Virus record (IMG/VR): IMGVR_UViG_3300017917_002374
Coordinates: 290,960 to 354,959 of that record
Length of the DNA stretch: 64,000 bases
Reading direction: 5' to 3' (one strand)
The notes beneath the pieces were generated by a model. The model searched no databases. It worked only from the letters and a program-made list of their open reading frames with translations, and was not told the DNA's origin. The translations under genes and the position numbers were made by a program. Below are positions 47,624 to 56,918 of the stretch, piece after piece. How positions within the stretch are numbered: the stretch's first letter is position 1; each line of letters opens with the position of its first letter.

Positions 47624-48724
47624 ATGAATAGTATACAGACAGAAGTTAACAGCCTATTACCAGCACAGCGTAAGACTGCAAACAAATGGATCAGTTTTAA
47701 CGCACCGTGCTGTGTGCATACTGGCGAAACACAAGATCGCAGACGACGAGGTGGTATTCTGTATGCACCTGATGGCGGTATCAGTTATCATTGTTTCAAC
47801 TGCGGATTCAAAACCAGCTATCGTCCCGGACGAGCCCTTAGCTACAAATTCAAACGCTGGTTGGAATGGATGGGCGCAGACGAAAATCGTGTGCAGCGCA
47901 TGGTAGTAGAAGCCTTACGAGAAAAGGATCAACTGCCAGCAGAGCACTTGGTAGATAAAACAAAACAAATAGCATTTGAATCTAGAAGTCTGCCGGAACA
48001 CAGTGCCACATTAAAACAGTTGGGTCTCAGTGTAGCACTTAAAGCAAATTGGACACAAGATAGTCAAATAGTATGGCTTGACAATCTGGTTCCTAAAAAC
48101 GTACTAGACATTATAGATTATGTGGGATCAAGAATACCAGCTGATGCCGATTTCAAACAGTACGACTTTTATTACACAGAAACCACAGCATACAATTTAC
48201 ATCGTAGATTGATCATACCCTTTTATTGGCAGCAGCAGATAGTTGGATATACTGCTAGAGCTATCAGTGATGATGTCAAGCCCAAGTATCATTCCAACCA
48301 TCCTGGTGATTATGTGTTTAACATGAACATGCAGACTGCAGAACGACAGTTTGTGATAGTGGTTGAAGGACCGTTTGATGCCATGGCAGTGGATGGTGTG
48401 GCTGTGCTCAGCAGTGAAGTCAGCGAACAGCAGGCAGACATCATAAACAGTTTAGGCCGTGAAGTGATTGTGGTGCCAGACTTTGATGCCAAGATTAATC
48501 CAAAGAACGGCAAGAAAGTCTGGAGCGGCCGCAGTCTTATTGACGCTGCTTTAGAGTATGAGTGGAGCGTGAGTTTTCCGGTATGGCATGAAAAGTTCAA
48601 AGACACAGCAGAAGCAGCTCGCGAACTGGGCAGACTGTTTGTGCTCAAGAGCATACTGCAAGCACGACAGAGTAATCCATTAAAGATTGAGCTGCAAGCA
48701 AAACAAATATATAATAAACTATGA
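47624..48724 (+). CDS. DNA primase (Zn finger plus TOPRIM, T4 gp61-like)
   Basis: CC.H...D.RRRGG, YHCFNCG, VVEGPFDA, VPDFD, KD. Confidence 0.85.
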   Translation: MNSIQTEVNSLLPAQRKTANKWISFNAPCCVHTGETQDRRRRGGILYAPDGGISYHCFNCGFKTSYRPGRALSYKFKRWLEWMGADENRVQRMVVEALREKDQLPAEHLVDKTKQIAFESRSLPEHSATLKQLGLSVALKANWTQDSQIVWLDNLVPKNVLDIIDYVGSRIPADADFKQYDFYYTETTAYNLHRRLIIPFYWQQQIVGYTARAISDDVKPKYHSNHPGDYVFNMNMQTAERQFVIVVEGPFDAMAVDGVAVLSSEVSEQQADIINSLGREVIVVPDFDAKINPKNGKKVWSGRSLIDAALEYEWSVSFPVWHEKFKDTAEAARELGRLFVLKSILQARQSNPLKIELQAKQIYNKL

Positions 48725-50121
48725 CTACTGAATACAACGTAGATGTACAACGACTGTTTCTTGAAATGATGCTGCACGATGCTGAATGTTATATTCGTGT
48801 ACAGAACATTTATAACGATGAAAACTTTGATAGATCATTAAGGTCTGTTGCAAAGTTTATCAAACAACATACTGATGAACACAAGAGCTTGCCCACAATG
48901 GATCAGGTGCGAGCTGTAACCGGTACAGAACTCAAAGTCATGCCAGACTTGGGCGAAGGACAAACCAGCTGGTTCATGAAAGAGTTTGAACAGTTTACCA
49001 AACAAAAAGAACTAGAACGTGCTATACTTAAAGCAGCCGATCTACTTGAGAAAGGTGATTTTAATCCTGTGGAAAAGCTGATCAAGGATGCTGTGCAGAT
49101 CAGTATTACCAAGGATCTAGGCACAGACTTCTGGGCCGATCCTGAAGGCATGTTTGCCAAATACTTTGATGCTGGAGGACAAGTAAGCACAGGTTGGCCG
49201 CAGTTGGACAAACTGCTGTATGGTGGGTTCAGTCGCGGCGAACTAAACATCTTTGCAGGTGGATCAGGTTCAGGTAAGTCCTTGGTTATGATGAACATTG
49301 CGTTGAACTGGGTACAAGCAGGCTTGCATGGTGTGTACATTACTCTAGAACTTTCAGAAGAGCTCACAGGCTTGCGTACAGCAGCCATGTTGGCTAATAT
49401 GAGTACCAAGGACATACGCAAAGACAAAGAAACAGCAGCACTCAAGGTCAAAATGGTAGGCAAACGTGCAGGCACTTATCAAGTCAAAGCACTGCCTGCG
49501 CAAAGCAACATCAACGACATTCGTGCGTTCTTAAAAGAGTATCAGATACAAACCAATCGCAAAATTGACTTTATCATGATTGACTACTTGGACTTGCTCA
49601 TGCCGGTAAGTGCCAAGGTTAGCCCCAACGACTTGTTTGTTAAAGACAAGTATGTTTCAGAAGAACTACGCAATCTCAGTAAAGAACTAGGCATACTCAT
49701 GGTCACAGCGTCGCAGCTGAATCGCAGTGCAGTGGAAGAAATTGAGTTTGACCACAGTCATATTTCCGGTGGTATCAGTAAAATTAACACAGCAGATAAT
49801 GTGTTTGGTATCTTTACCAGCAGAGCCATGCGTGAGCGTGGACGCTACCAAATACAGTGTATGAAATCTCGCTCTTCTACTGGTGTGGGCATGAAAGTGG
49901 ACCTAGAATACAACATTGAAACCATGCGTATTACTGATCCTGGTGAAGATGCTAGTCCAAGTACCAATCATCCAGAAAGCATCATGAACAAGATCAAAGC
50001 CACAGCAAGAACAGTAGATCCAGCAAGCACAACTGAGGAAGAAACAGCCCCAATACGTGCTGATGCCAACGGTAGCAAGCTCAAGAGCATGCTGGCAGGA
50101 ATCAAGGCCAAGAGCGTTTGA
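48721..50121 (+). CDS. replicative DNA helicase (DnaB/T4 gp41-like)
   Basis: GGSGSGKS, ITLEL, IDYLDL, TASQLNRS, SGGISKINTAD, KSR. Confidence 0.92.
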   Translation: MTTEYNVDVQRLFLEMMLHDAECYIRVQNIYNDENFDRSLRSVAKFIKQHTDEHKSLPTMDQVRAVTGTELKVMPDLGEGQTSWFMKEFEQFTKQKELERAILKAADLLEKGDFNPVEKLIKDAVQISITKDLGTDFWADPEGMFAKYFDAGGQVSTGWPQLDKLLYGGFSRGELNIFAGGSGSGKSLVMMNIALNWVQAGLHGVYITLELSEELTGLRTAAMLANMSTKDIRKDKETAALKVKMVGKRAGTYQVKALPAQSNINDIRAFLKEYQIQTNRKIDFIMIDYLDLLMPVSAKVSPNDLFVKDKYVSEELRNLSKELGILMVTASQLNRSAVEEIEFDHSHISGGISKINTADNVFGIFTSRAMRERGRYQIQCMKSRSSTGVGMKVDLEYNIETMRITDPGEDASPSTNHPESIMNKIKATARTVDPASTTEEETAPIRADANGSKLKSMLAGIKAKSV

Positions 50122-50176
50122 AATGGATCCACTTAGACTAGTCGGGTGCTAAATATACTAAGATCTGGAGTAAATC

Positions 50177-50440
50177 TTGCTTAAACGCACCCGCAGCATA
50201 CTGGATGAACTTGATAGTCATTTGATCAGCAAGGACCGCGAGCATCTACTGGAAAGTAGAGCCGGTCATGTGATACAAGGAGCCATCAATCTAATCAACA
50301 TGATTAGAGAAAACTACGATGCAGAAGCTGCTGCTGAATTGGAACGTAGACTGCTGAACAGCATCCGTGCGCAAGACCCCGCAAAATTTACCCGAGGCGT
50401 ACGGAGACTAAAAAGTGAAAATTCAGCACCTAACAATTAA
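50177..50440 (+). CDS. hypothetical late protein
   Basis: CTAAATA box at 50149-50155, SD GGAG, TTG start. Confidence 0.7.
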   Translation: MLKRTRSILDELDSHLISKDREHLLESRAGHVIQGAINLINMIRENYDAEAAAELERRLLNSIRAQDPAKFTRGVRRLKSENSAPNN

Positions 50441-52802
50441 CAACAACCTATACCAAAGCCCAGTATTCAAAGAGTTCTATGAGGAAGCGCAACGCTGCAA
50501 TCGTGTGATTGCAGAAGCTCGTAGATACCTGCTGGTGGAAGAACAATTAAACGCACAGCAAATTGATAAAATATTTCGCTTGGTAGCAGATGGCGCTGCT
50601 GCTGGCAAAAATACAGACAGCGGCGAAGTGGATATGGGCAGTAACAAAACTGCACTGGGTAAAGTTACCGGTGCAGTAGGAGATGCTCTTAAAGGTCTAA
50701 AAGCCAAATGGGATTCACTCAAAGATTGGGTAAGCAAAAGCGGCCCTGTGTCAGGTTTTGATGTAGCATTTGATCAACTGCAAGGCAGCTTGTTAAATGC
50801 CATGGGCGGAGAAGGCGGCAAAGTGGCCAATGCCATGCAGTCTTACAGACAGTTTGCAGTCAAGCATCCTGTGGCACAAGGTTTGATATTGGTAGGCCTA
50901 GCAGCACTATTAGGCACAGCCATGGGCGGGGGTACACTGGCTCTAGCAGGCGTTACCTTTGGTATTCGTACACTTGACGCATTGTTAAAAGGACACAAGT
51001 TTAGTAGCAGTACCTACAAAGGCGCCAAGGCAGCGGCAATCATGACAGTGGCCAGTTTAGGCATCAAAGGCATAATTGATAATTTTGATCCAGACCCAGG
51101 TCCGGGACCAGGTCCGGGACCAGGACCAGATGTTGTTCCGCCAGGACCAGATGTTGTTCCGCCAGGACCAGATGTTGTTCCGCCAGGACCAGATTTAACT
51201 CCAACAGACTATACTATAGCAAGGGGAGATACACTAAGTCAATTGGCCTCAGACAATGGCATCACTGTGCAAGACATCATGGATGCTAATCCGCAGATTA
51301 CCAATCCTAATGGCATGACTGATGCAGGTCGTTTGTTACAGCCAGGTGACGTGATCAAGATGCCACAGAGCATGGACTTTAGTCCTCCTCCGGTGTACGC
51401 AGGCGGTACAGGTACATTGGCAGACACCATTCAGAAAATGATGACTGGTCAATATAGCGGTGATGCAAACATTGCATTGAATGCTCTCAAGGCAGATCCG
51501 TCACAATTAAAGTTATTAAGTCCAGAACAAGCAGCCTGGGCCAAGTCTCAAATGGCCAAGCTGGCAGAAAGTGCAAGACGAGCACAATGGATTGACCGCG
51601 AAGCAACTGTGCGCAGTTGGGCATTGAATGAGAGTCTAGGAAGATCACGTGGCGGTGTTATGTTAACCCAAGCTGGTGTAGACGAAGTGTTCCGTAGAAT
51701 TGACGAAGGTGTTTGGGACAGTATAAAAAAAGGCGCCAGCGCAGTAGGAGGAGCAATCAGCAATGCAGCTAGCAAAGGTTGGAATGCAGCTACAAATAAA
51801 ATTACCTACGACAGTCTTGGTATGAATTGGCGTTCAATTAATCCTAACAGATTAAAAGGCAATGCCACTGGTATGACAGCCGACAGTAGAGACATTGAAG
51901 TTTTCCTACGCCGCCAAGGAGTTAAAGATCCATTAATTGCCAGTGTGTATAAAGAAATGGGAATTCCAGTAGCAACAGTGGCAACCCAAGGAGCCGATGC
52001 ACAAGATCAATCAGCAGGAGCAGACGATTATGCAAAATCACTTGCAGATATGTCTGATGAAGAATTGCAAAGTGGGTTGAATCATTTGCAAAGACAAGAT
52101 AATCCAACCCCAGAAGTAACATCAAGCATCCAAAAAGTTCAACAAGAACTGGCACGTCGCAGAGGTGATACTCAAGCAGGCACTGCTCCGGATGCTGGTG
52201 GTAAGGTTGGCGATGCAAACGATTTAATCAGAGACCTTGAAGCTGATAAAGCCAAGAAAACCACAGGTGGAGCACCAGCAGTACCAGCAGGCGGAGCAAC
52301 ACCAAGCTGGGCAGATCCTAAGAGTGCCGACTATGTTGGTCGTCGTGAAGTTGCACGTAGACAAGCCGCGGCACCAGCTGCAACAGCGGGCAAGCCTGAT
52401 TATAGCAAGACCATGCCAGGCTACGGTAAAGTCAACATGACCATGAAAACTCCAACAGGTGCAGCAGCGCCAGCAGCGCCAGCAAAAGCACCGGCGGCAC
52501 CGGTCACTGGTGCCCCAGGTGTACGTGGCACAGTGCCATCAGCTCAACCAGCAATGGCAGGCGGTCTAGATGACTTTCCAAGCGCAGAGGAGATAGCACA
52601 ATTAGAAAAAGATTCATTAGCAACATCTGCAGAACGTAATAAAGAAGCAGAAAAATATGGCAATAGACCAGAACCCTATGTTGCAAATCAACGTGGTTAT
52701 ATGAAGGAACAACGTCGTACATACGGTGGCAAATATGTTCGTGAAAGTGCAGCACAACGAACAGCACGTGAATTTGAATTTTACTTAAAAAATCTAGGCT
52801 GA
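50415..52802 (+). CDS. large LysM-containing, Ala/Pro-rich virion (probably head-internal) protein
   Basis: YTIARGDTLSQLA..NGITVQDIMDANPQITNP LysM; hydrophobic segments; many L/I-x-E sites. Confidence 0.7.
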   Translation: MKIQHLTINNNLYQSPVFKEFYEEAQRCNRVIAEARRYLLVEEQLNAQQIDKIFRLVADGAAAGKNTDSGEVDMGSNKTALGKVTGAVGDALKGLKAKWDSLKDWVSKSGPVSGFDVAFDQLQGSLLNAMGGEGGKVANAMQSYRQFAVKHPVAQGLILVGLAALLGTAMGGGTLALAGVTFGIRTLDALLKGHKFSSSTYKGAKAAAIMTVASLGIKGIIDNFDPDPGPGPGPGPGPDVVPPGPDVVPPGPDVVPPGPDLTPTDYTIARGDTLSQLASDNGITVQDIMDANPQITNPNGMTDAGRLLQPGDVIKMPQSMDFSPPPVYAGGTGTLADTIQKMMTGQYSGDANIALNALKADPSQLKLLSPEQAAWAKSQMAKLAESARRAQWIDREATVRSWALNESLGRSRGGVMLTQAGVDEVFRRIDEGVWDSIKKGASAVGGAISNAASKGWNAATNKITYDSLGMNWRSINPNRLKGNATGMTADSRDIEVFLRRQGVKDPLIASVYKEMGIPVATVATQGADAQDQSAGADDYAKSLADMSDEELQSGLNHLQRQDNPTPEVTSSIQKVQQELARRRGDTQAGTAPDAGGKVGDANDLIRDLEADKAKKTTGGAPAVPAGGATPSWADPKSADYVGRREVARRQAAAPAATAGKPDYSKTMPGYGKVNMTMKTPTGAAAPAAPAKAPAAPVTGAPGVRGTVPSAQPAMAGGLDDFPSAEEIAQLEKDSLATSAERNKEAEKYGNRPEPYVANQRGYMKEQRRTYGGKYVRESAAQRTAREFEFYLKNLG
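51096..51194 (+). repeat. tandem repeats: 12 bp x2 and 21 bp x3.6 (PGPDVVP)
   Basis: CCAGGTCCGGGA x2, then CCAGGACCAGATGTTGTTCCG x3 plus a partial copy. Confidence 0.92.
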
Positions 52803-52803
52803 A

Positions 52804-53901
52804 ATGCGAGTACGTGAAGTAATATTAGAAGGCGGAAATGTGCAGATTGGAGCTCAGTCTGCACAGCGTCTGGATTTAAAAAAACTCAAGCGAGATCAAT
52901 TGATACCAGTGTTGGATCAACTGCTACAGGCAATCAATGCAGGCTTTGCTAAAATGCACAAGCGTCCTTTATGGAGTCCAAGATTGGTAGCCAGTCGTAA
53001 GTTTCTCAGTGGCAGTGCATTTCATTTTTTCAATGTGGCAGGTATTCCCAGCGATCAATTTGTAAAATACAAACCCACAGTAGGTGACATTGACACACAG
53101 GTAGATCAAAACTTGTTAGAGCCTGCCAAGCAGTTCTTAGACGCTGCTACAGGTAAACAGTTTGGACCTGCCACACTCATAGGATACAAGAGCAGTGTGG
53201 AGCAGTTGATCACACTATGGGCGTTCAGTGATCCTCCTGTTAATGTACAGATTGATCTAGAGTTTGTGGAATACGAAGGCGACGAACCCACAGAATGGGC
53301 ACAGTTCAGTCATAGCAGTGCCTGGAATGATATTGAAGCAGGCATCAAGGGTGTGTTTCACAAGTATCTATTACGTGCCCTAAGCACTCCTAGCCTGCGT
53401 GACGTGGTAATACTCAGCGGCAAAAAAGAAACACCCAAGGTTGTAAAAACCACTGATCTTGCATTTGCAGTAACTCGTGGGTTACGATATAAATTAAGTC
53501 CTGTAATGGACGGCAACGTGCAAAGAGAAATGGACGGTCTTAAGGTGTACAAAGAGATTCCCACCAAGGAAAGCACCTACGAAACCAACCTGTATGTGAT
53601 TGCCAAGATATTTTTTGGCAATCAATTTGATGCCGGCGACATAGAAAAGTTCTGGAGCTATCTAGGCACACTGGAATTAGTTAAAAAATATTTTGATAAG
53701 AGTCAGCAGGCTGCGGTAATCACCGGCTTTGTGTACACACTGTTTGGCCCAGGTGCACAAGAACTGTACCGTGGTGATCCAGAACAAGATGCACAAGACA
53801 AAAATGCAGCACTGGAAATCATGACCAAGACGCTGGGCGTTCCTTATGATAAAAAATCTGTGGATGCCATGCGTAAAGATTACTACTCATCCAAAGCATG
53901 A
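52804..53901 (+). CDS. Pol-beta-superfamily nucleotidyltransferase-like protein
   Basis: LSGS...GDIDTQVD...VQIDL catalytic pattern; N-terminus MRVREVILEGG. Confidence 0.65.
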   Translation: MRVREVILEGGNVQIGAQSAQRLDLKKLKRDQLIPVLDQLLQAINAGFAKMHKRPLWSPRLVASRKFLSGSAFHFFNVAGIPSDQFVKYKPTVGDIDTQVDQNLLEPAKQFLDAATGKQFGPATLIGYKSSVEQLITLWAFSDPPVNVQIDLEFVEYEGDEPTEWAQFSHSSAWNDIEAGIKGVFHKYLLRALSTPSLRDVVILSGKKETPKVVKTTDLAFAVTRGLRYKLSPVMDGNVQREMDGLKVYKEIPTKESTYETNLYVIAKIFFGNQFDAGDIEKFWSYLGTLELVKKYFDKSQQAAVITGFVYTLFGPGAQELYRGDPEQDAQDKNAALEIMTKTLGVPYDKKSVDAMRKDYYSSKA

Positions 53902-55379
53902 TGTTCAATATAGACAGTTTGTTTCTTGAAAGTGAAGTTGCGGCCACAACTAGGTCAAACATGCTGCACTTGCAAAAAATGACTGACACTGCTTTTGTAC
54001 AATTTGTACAAGACGTAAAACAGAATCTTCAAGGCAAACTGCAAGGCATTCCTGTAAGTCTAAAGGTAGACGGACTGGGTGCTAGATTTGGTCGCGATAG
54101 TGCAGGAAGACCTTTCTTTGAAGGCAGTCGTACAGGCGCTATCTTTGAACCAGGTGCTTTCAGCCAATACACAGCAGCTCGTGGCGGCACGGAAGAAATG
54201 TTAGCTCGTGCCAAACACTACGATGATATTTTTGAAGTAATTACCAAATCAAACTTCATTAAGATTCTACCCAAGGACACAAAAATAGTTTGCGAAGTTT
54301 TTTACAACCCATTAGGAGAGATGGTTGAAGGTGGTATAAAATTTGTAAACATTGCATATGATCCTAGCCGCCTGGGTCGGCTGATGACTATTGTGCCATT
54401 TAAAGCTCTAGTGGCCAGCACAGGGGAAACACATCCTAGTAGCGATGCCATAATAGATGCACTGTTTCAGCAGAGCACATCTCAGATTAAATTTGTAGAC
54501 ACTAGATTAGAAATACAAGGCAGTATTGATATCAGCACAGTGGTAGATCCAGTGGCCAGTCTTGATGCAGCAGCCATTGCCACACTTAACAGTCGCAAAC
54601 GTGATGATGCAGATGCCAAGGCTTATCTCAAACAAGTTGTACAACAGACTAAAGAAGCTCTAGCAGATTTTATCTTAACCAACCCGCAAATAGTGGACCG
54701 GTTTAAACTAGGACCCAACATAGAAGGCATTGTGTTGAACATCAATGGTAGAGATATTAAAGTTACTACCAGCGAATTCAAGCAGGCAATCGCAGCTAAA
54801 AAAGCACAAGCCAACGAAAGCACAGGATTTTTACAAGAGCTTGTGGAAGCAAGAATGTTTGTGTATCCTGAAAATCTCAAAGGCAAAGATGCCATAACCA
54901 TTGCCAAACTGCTGTTTTGTAGCATGCTGGCACTGGAAATAGTGCGACATGAAAATGAATCCCGAGCTCAAGAGTATGTGAATCGTACCATGGCATTTAA
55001 TGATTTTGATCATTTGCGTCCTAGTGCCACAGACCTTGCTAATTTGATAGCAGTGGTGGCCAATCAGGATCGTTATCTAGATGAAGTGCGAACTAAGATA
55101 GGGTTATATGCTCCTGAACTACAGATCAAAGCTCACCTAAGAACCTTTACAGGAGCGAAAAATGATCCTGCAAGAATCAGACAGTTTCTGTTAAAACTTG
55201 ATGAAGCACTCATGATTGCAGGATCTGACATGCGACAAGCAAGACGCATAATAGGTGACTGGCTAAGATCTAGCAATGGCGAAAAGAAAATAGCCTGGGC
55301 TACATTAACTAGGGTTTTTTCTAGTTATGCACCAAGTCTAGATATCTATCTTCTTGCAAAGAACTATTTTTATTTTTAA
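53898..55379 (+). CDS. ATP-dependent ligase/capping-fold (KxDG) protein with a fused C-terminal helical domain
   Basis: SLKVDG (I), VCEVF (III), IVPF (IIIa), EGIVL (IV), IKVT (V). Confidence 0.6.
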   Translation: MMFNIDSLFLESEVAATTRSNMLHLQKMTDTAFVQFVQDVKQNLQGKLQGIPVSLKVDGLGARFGRDSAGRPFFEGSRTGAIFEPGAFSQYTAARGGTEEMLARAKHYDDIFEVITKSNFIKILPKDTKIVCEVFYNPLGEMVEGGIKFVNIAYDPSRLGRLMTIVPFKALVASTGETHPSSDAIIDALFQQSTSQIKFVDTRLEIQGSIDISTVVDPVASLDAAAIATLNSRKRDDADAKAYLKQVVQQTKEALADFILTNPQIVDRFKLGPNIEGIVLNINGRDIKVTTSEFKQAIAAKKAQANESTGFLQELVEARMFVYPENLKGKDAITIAKLLFCSMLALEIVRHENESRAQEYVNRTMAFNDFDHLRPSATDLANLIAVVANQDRYLDEVRTKIGLYAPELQIKAHLRTFTGAKNDPARIRQFLLKLDEALMIAGSDMRQARRIIGDWLRSSNGEKKIAWATLTRVFSSYAPSLDIYLLAKNYFYF

Positions 55380-55450
55380 AAACAATGTTTTGGATTCCAA
55401 ATCATAAATATTTACAAGCGGTAACACGCTAAACATTTAGGAGAAATATT

Positions 55451-55858
55451 ATGCCAGCAATTGGAGTAACAAGAGTCCACGGTGGTGTGGGCGTAGAAGG
55501 TCAAATCAACGGAGAAACCGGTACCCAAGCAGGTGGTAGTCTTGCGTTCTATCACATTCAACTGCGCAATGCAAGTTTAGCAGCAATTGACGTGCGTCCA
55601 GAAATGGCAGCTAACCCAGACGGCGGTCTAGGTCTAGGCGTTGAAGCAGTGTTGCGTTCAGCACCACAAGGTATCCTAGCATACCAAGTGGCTAACAATG
55701 CAACAGGTAACGTGTACATCATCGCTGATGGCGTTAACAGCCCAACAGCAGCTGAACTACAAACCACAATCCGTAACCTGGGAACCAGCGTTGGTACCAA
55801 TGGTATTGACGTAAGCGGCACCCTGGTAACCAAAGGCACCAGCTTTACAGTAGCTTAA
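55451..55858 (+). CDS. probable abundant virion structural protein
   Basis: CATAAATA box at 55403-55410, strong SD AGGAG, own terminator. Confidence 0.65.
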   Translation: MPAIGVTRVHGGVGVEGQINGETGTQAGGSLAFYHIQLRNASLAAIDVRPEMAANPDGGLGLGVEAVLRSAPQGILAYQVANNATGNVYIIADGVNSPTAAELQTTIRNLGTSVGTNGIDVSGTLVTKGTSFTVA

Positions 55859-55885
55859 TTAACGTTTGCAGTTAACAAGCACAGG

Positions 55886-55911
55886 AAAGGCACTTTTACA
55901 GTGCCTTTTTT
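55886..55911 (+). terminator. intrinsic terminator
   Basis: AAAGGCACT-TTTAC-AGTGCCTTT followed by a T run. Confidence 0.85.
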
Positions 55912-55930
55912 GTTGGCCATAAGTAATGTT

Positions 55931-56365
55931 ATGCAACCATACACTTTCTTTTCAGGACACACTCTAGTTGATATCACTGAAACAGGTGTTACTAGAGATA
56001 GAAACAATCAGGAACTGGAACGCAATCAACAGCGTAACTGGGAAACTGTGCTACAGTGTATCGGGCTTCGTGCTCAGCCCATGCACATGGTGTCCAAGAT
56101 TGACACAGTTGATCTTGACTTTTACGAGTTTGGAGAAATGTACAAAGGTCGTCATCGTGTGTGGAGTTTTGCTTTTACTGTGGAACATGAAAATGTTTTT
56201 AGACAGGATAAAGATCAACTGTACTATCTAGATCAAAGTTTTGATCAAGTGCCTATAATTACTGGATTAAACGAAACAGCTCGCTTCATACTGCCAATTT
56301 TTTACACAGCCGGCGCTATCAAAAATATATACTTTAAAATAGAACGAATTAGCTTAAATAATTAA
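55931..56365 (+). CDS. hypothetical phage protein
   Basis: ATG 5 nt after CATAAGTA; TLVDITETG...QQRNWET..Q..GLRAQP. Confidence 0.7.
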   Translation: MQPYTFFSGHTLVDITETGVTRDRNNQELERNQQRNWETVLQCIGLRAQPMHMVSKIDTVDLDFYEFGEMYKGRHRVWSFAFTVEHENVFRQDKDQLYYLDQSFDQVPIITGLNETARFILPIFYTAGAIKNIYFKIERISLNN

Positions 56366-56454
56366 CGTGATGCGTAGGCATTTCTCAGGCACCCATTATG
56401 GCTCATATCAAGGCAGTAATTTTGCATCCTCTAATATTATAGGAGTAGTCTGTA

Positions 56455-56712
56455 GTGGCAACCGCGATTGAAAGAGAAAACCTAGAAGCACACGTTGAGT
56501 TGTGCGCGGAAAGGTATGCAAAATTGGAAACCAAACTGGAAGCAGTAGAGAAAAAGGTAGAAGCTCTAGAAGACCATATCATCGGAATTAAAGAGACTTT
56601 GGCTGGTGCTGGAGAAAAGCAGAGCAAGCAGATAATTGCCATTGGCACAGCAATTATCACGGTGTTGATCACAGGCATAATCACACTGACCATTAATTTT
56701 ATTAACAAATGA
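56455..56712 (+). CDS. coiled-coil plus C-terminal TM protein (XhlA/holin-like architecture)
   Basis: Heptad stretch then one hydrophobic helix; SD AGGAG, GTG start. Confidence 0.6.
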   Translation: MATAIERENLEAHVELCAERYAKLETKLEAVEKKVEALEDHIIGIKETLAGAGEKQSKQIIAIGTAIITVLITGIITLTINFINK

Positions 56713-56918
56713 AAATTGTTGAATTAGTAAACAATTTAAGAATTCCTATCACTAACGAGGAGCATGATCTCATGCTCCTGTTTAGAAATCAAGATCAACT
56801 GAATCGCATGGATCTCAATGAAAGACAAGTACAGATCGCTAATAACCTAGTGGTCAAGGATGTACTTTATCGTAAAAATCAAGATGGCAAAATCACGTAC
56901 TTCAAAAAAACGAATTAA
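56709..56918 (+). CDS. hypothetical late protein
   Basis: MKIVEL start; ATGA coupling. Confidence 0.7.
   Translation: MKIVELVNNLRIPITNEEHDLMLLFRNQDQLNRMDLNERQVQIANNLVVKDVLYRKNQDGKITYFKKTN

Noticed and set aside
42878-50121. Inteins or introns in the helicases, primase or RNR
   Set aside because: Motif spacing is normal and there are no insertions with Hint or homing-endonuclease signatures in the parts present.
51096-51194. CRISPR array
   Set aside because: These are contiguous in-frame coding tandem repeats without spacers; no repeat-spacer array was seen anywhere in the window.
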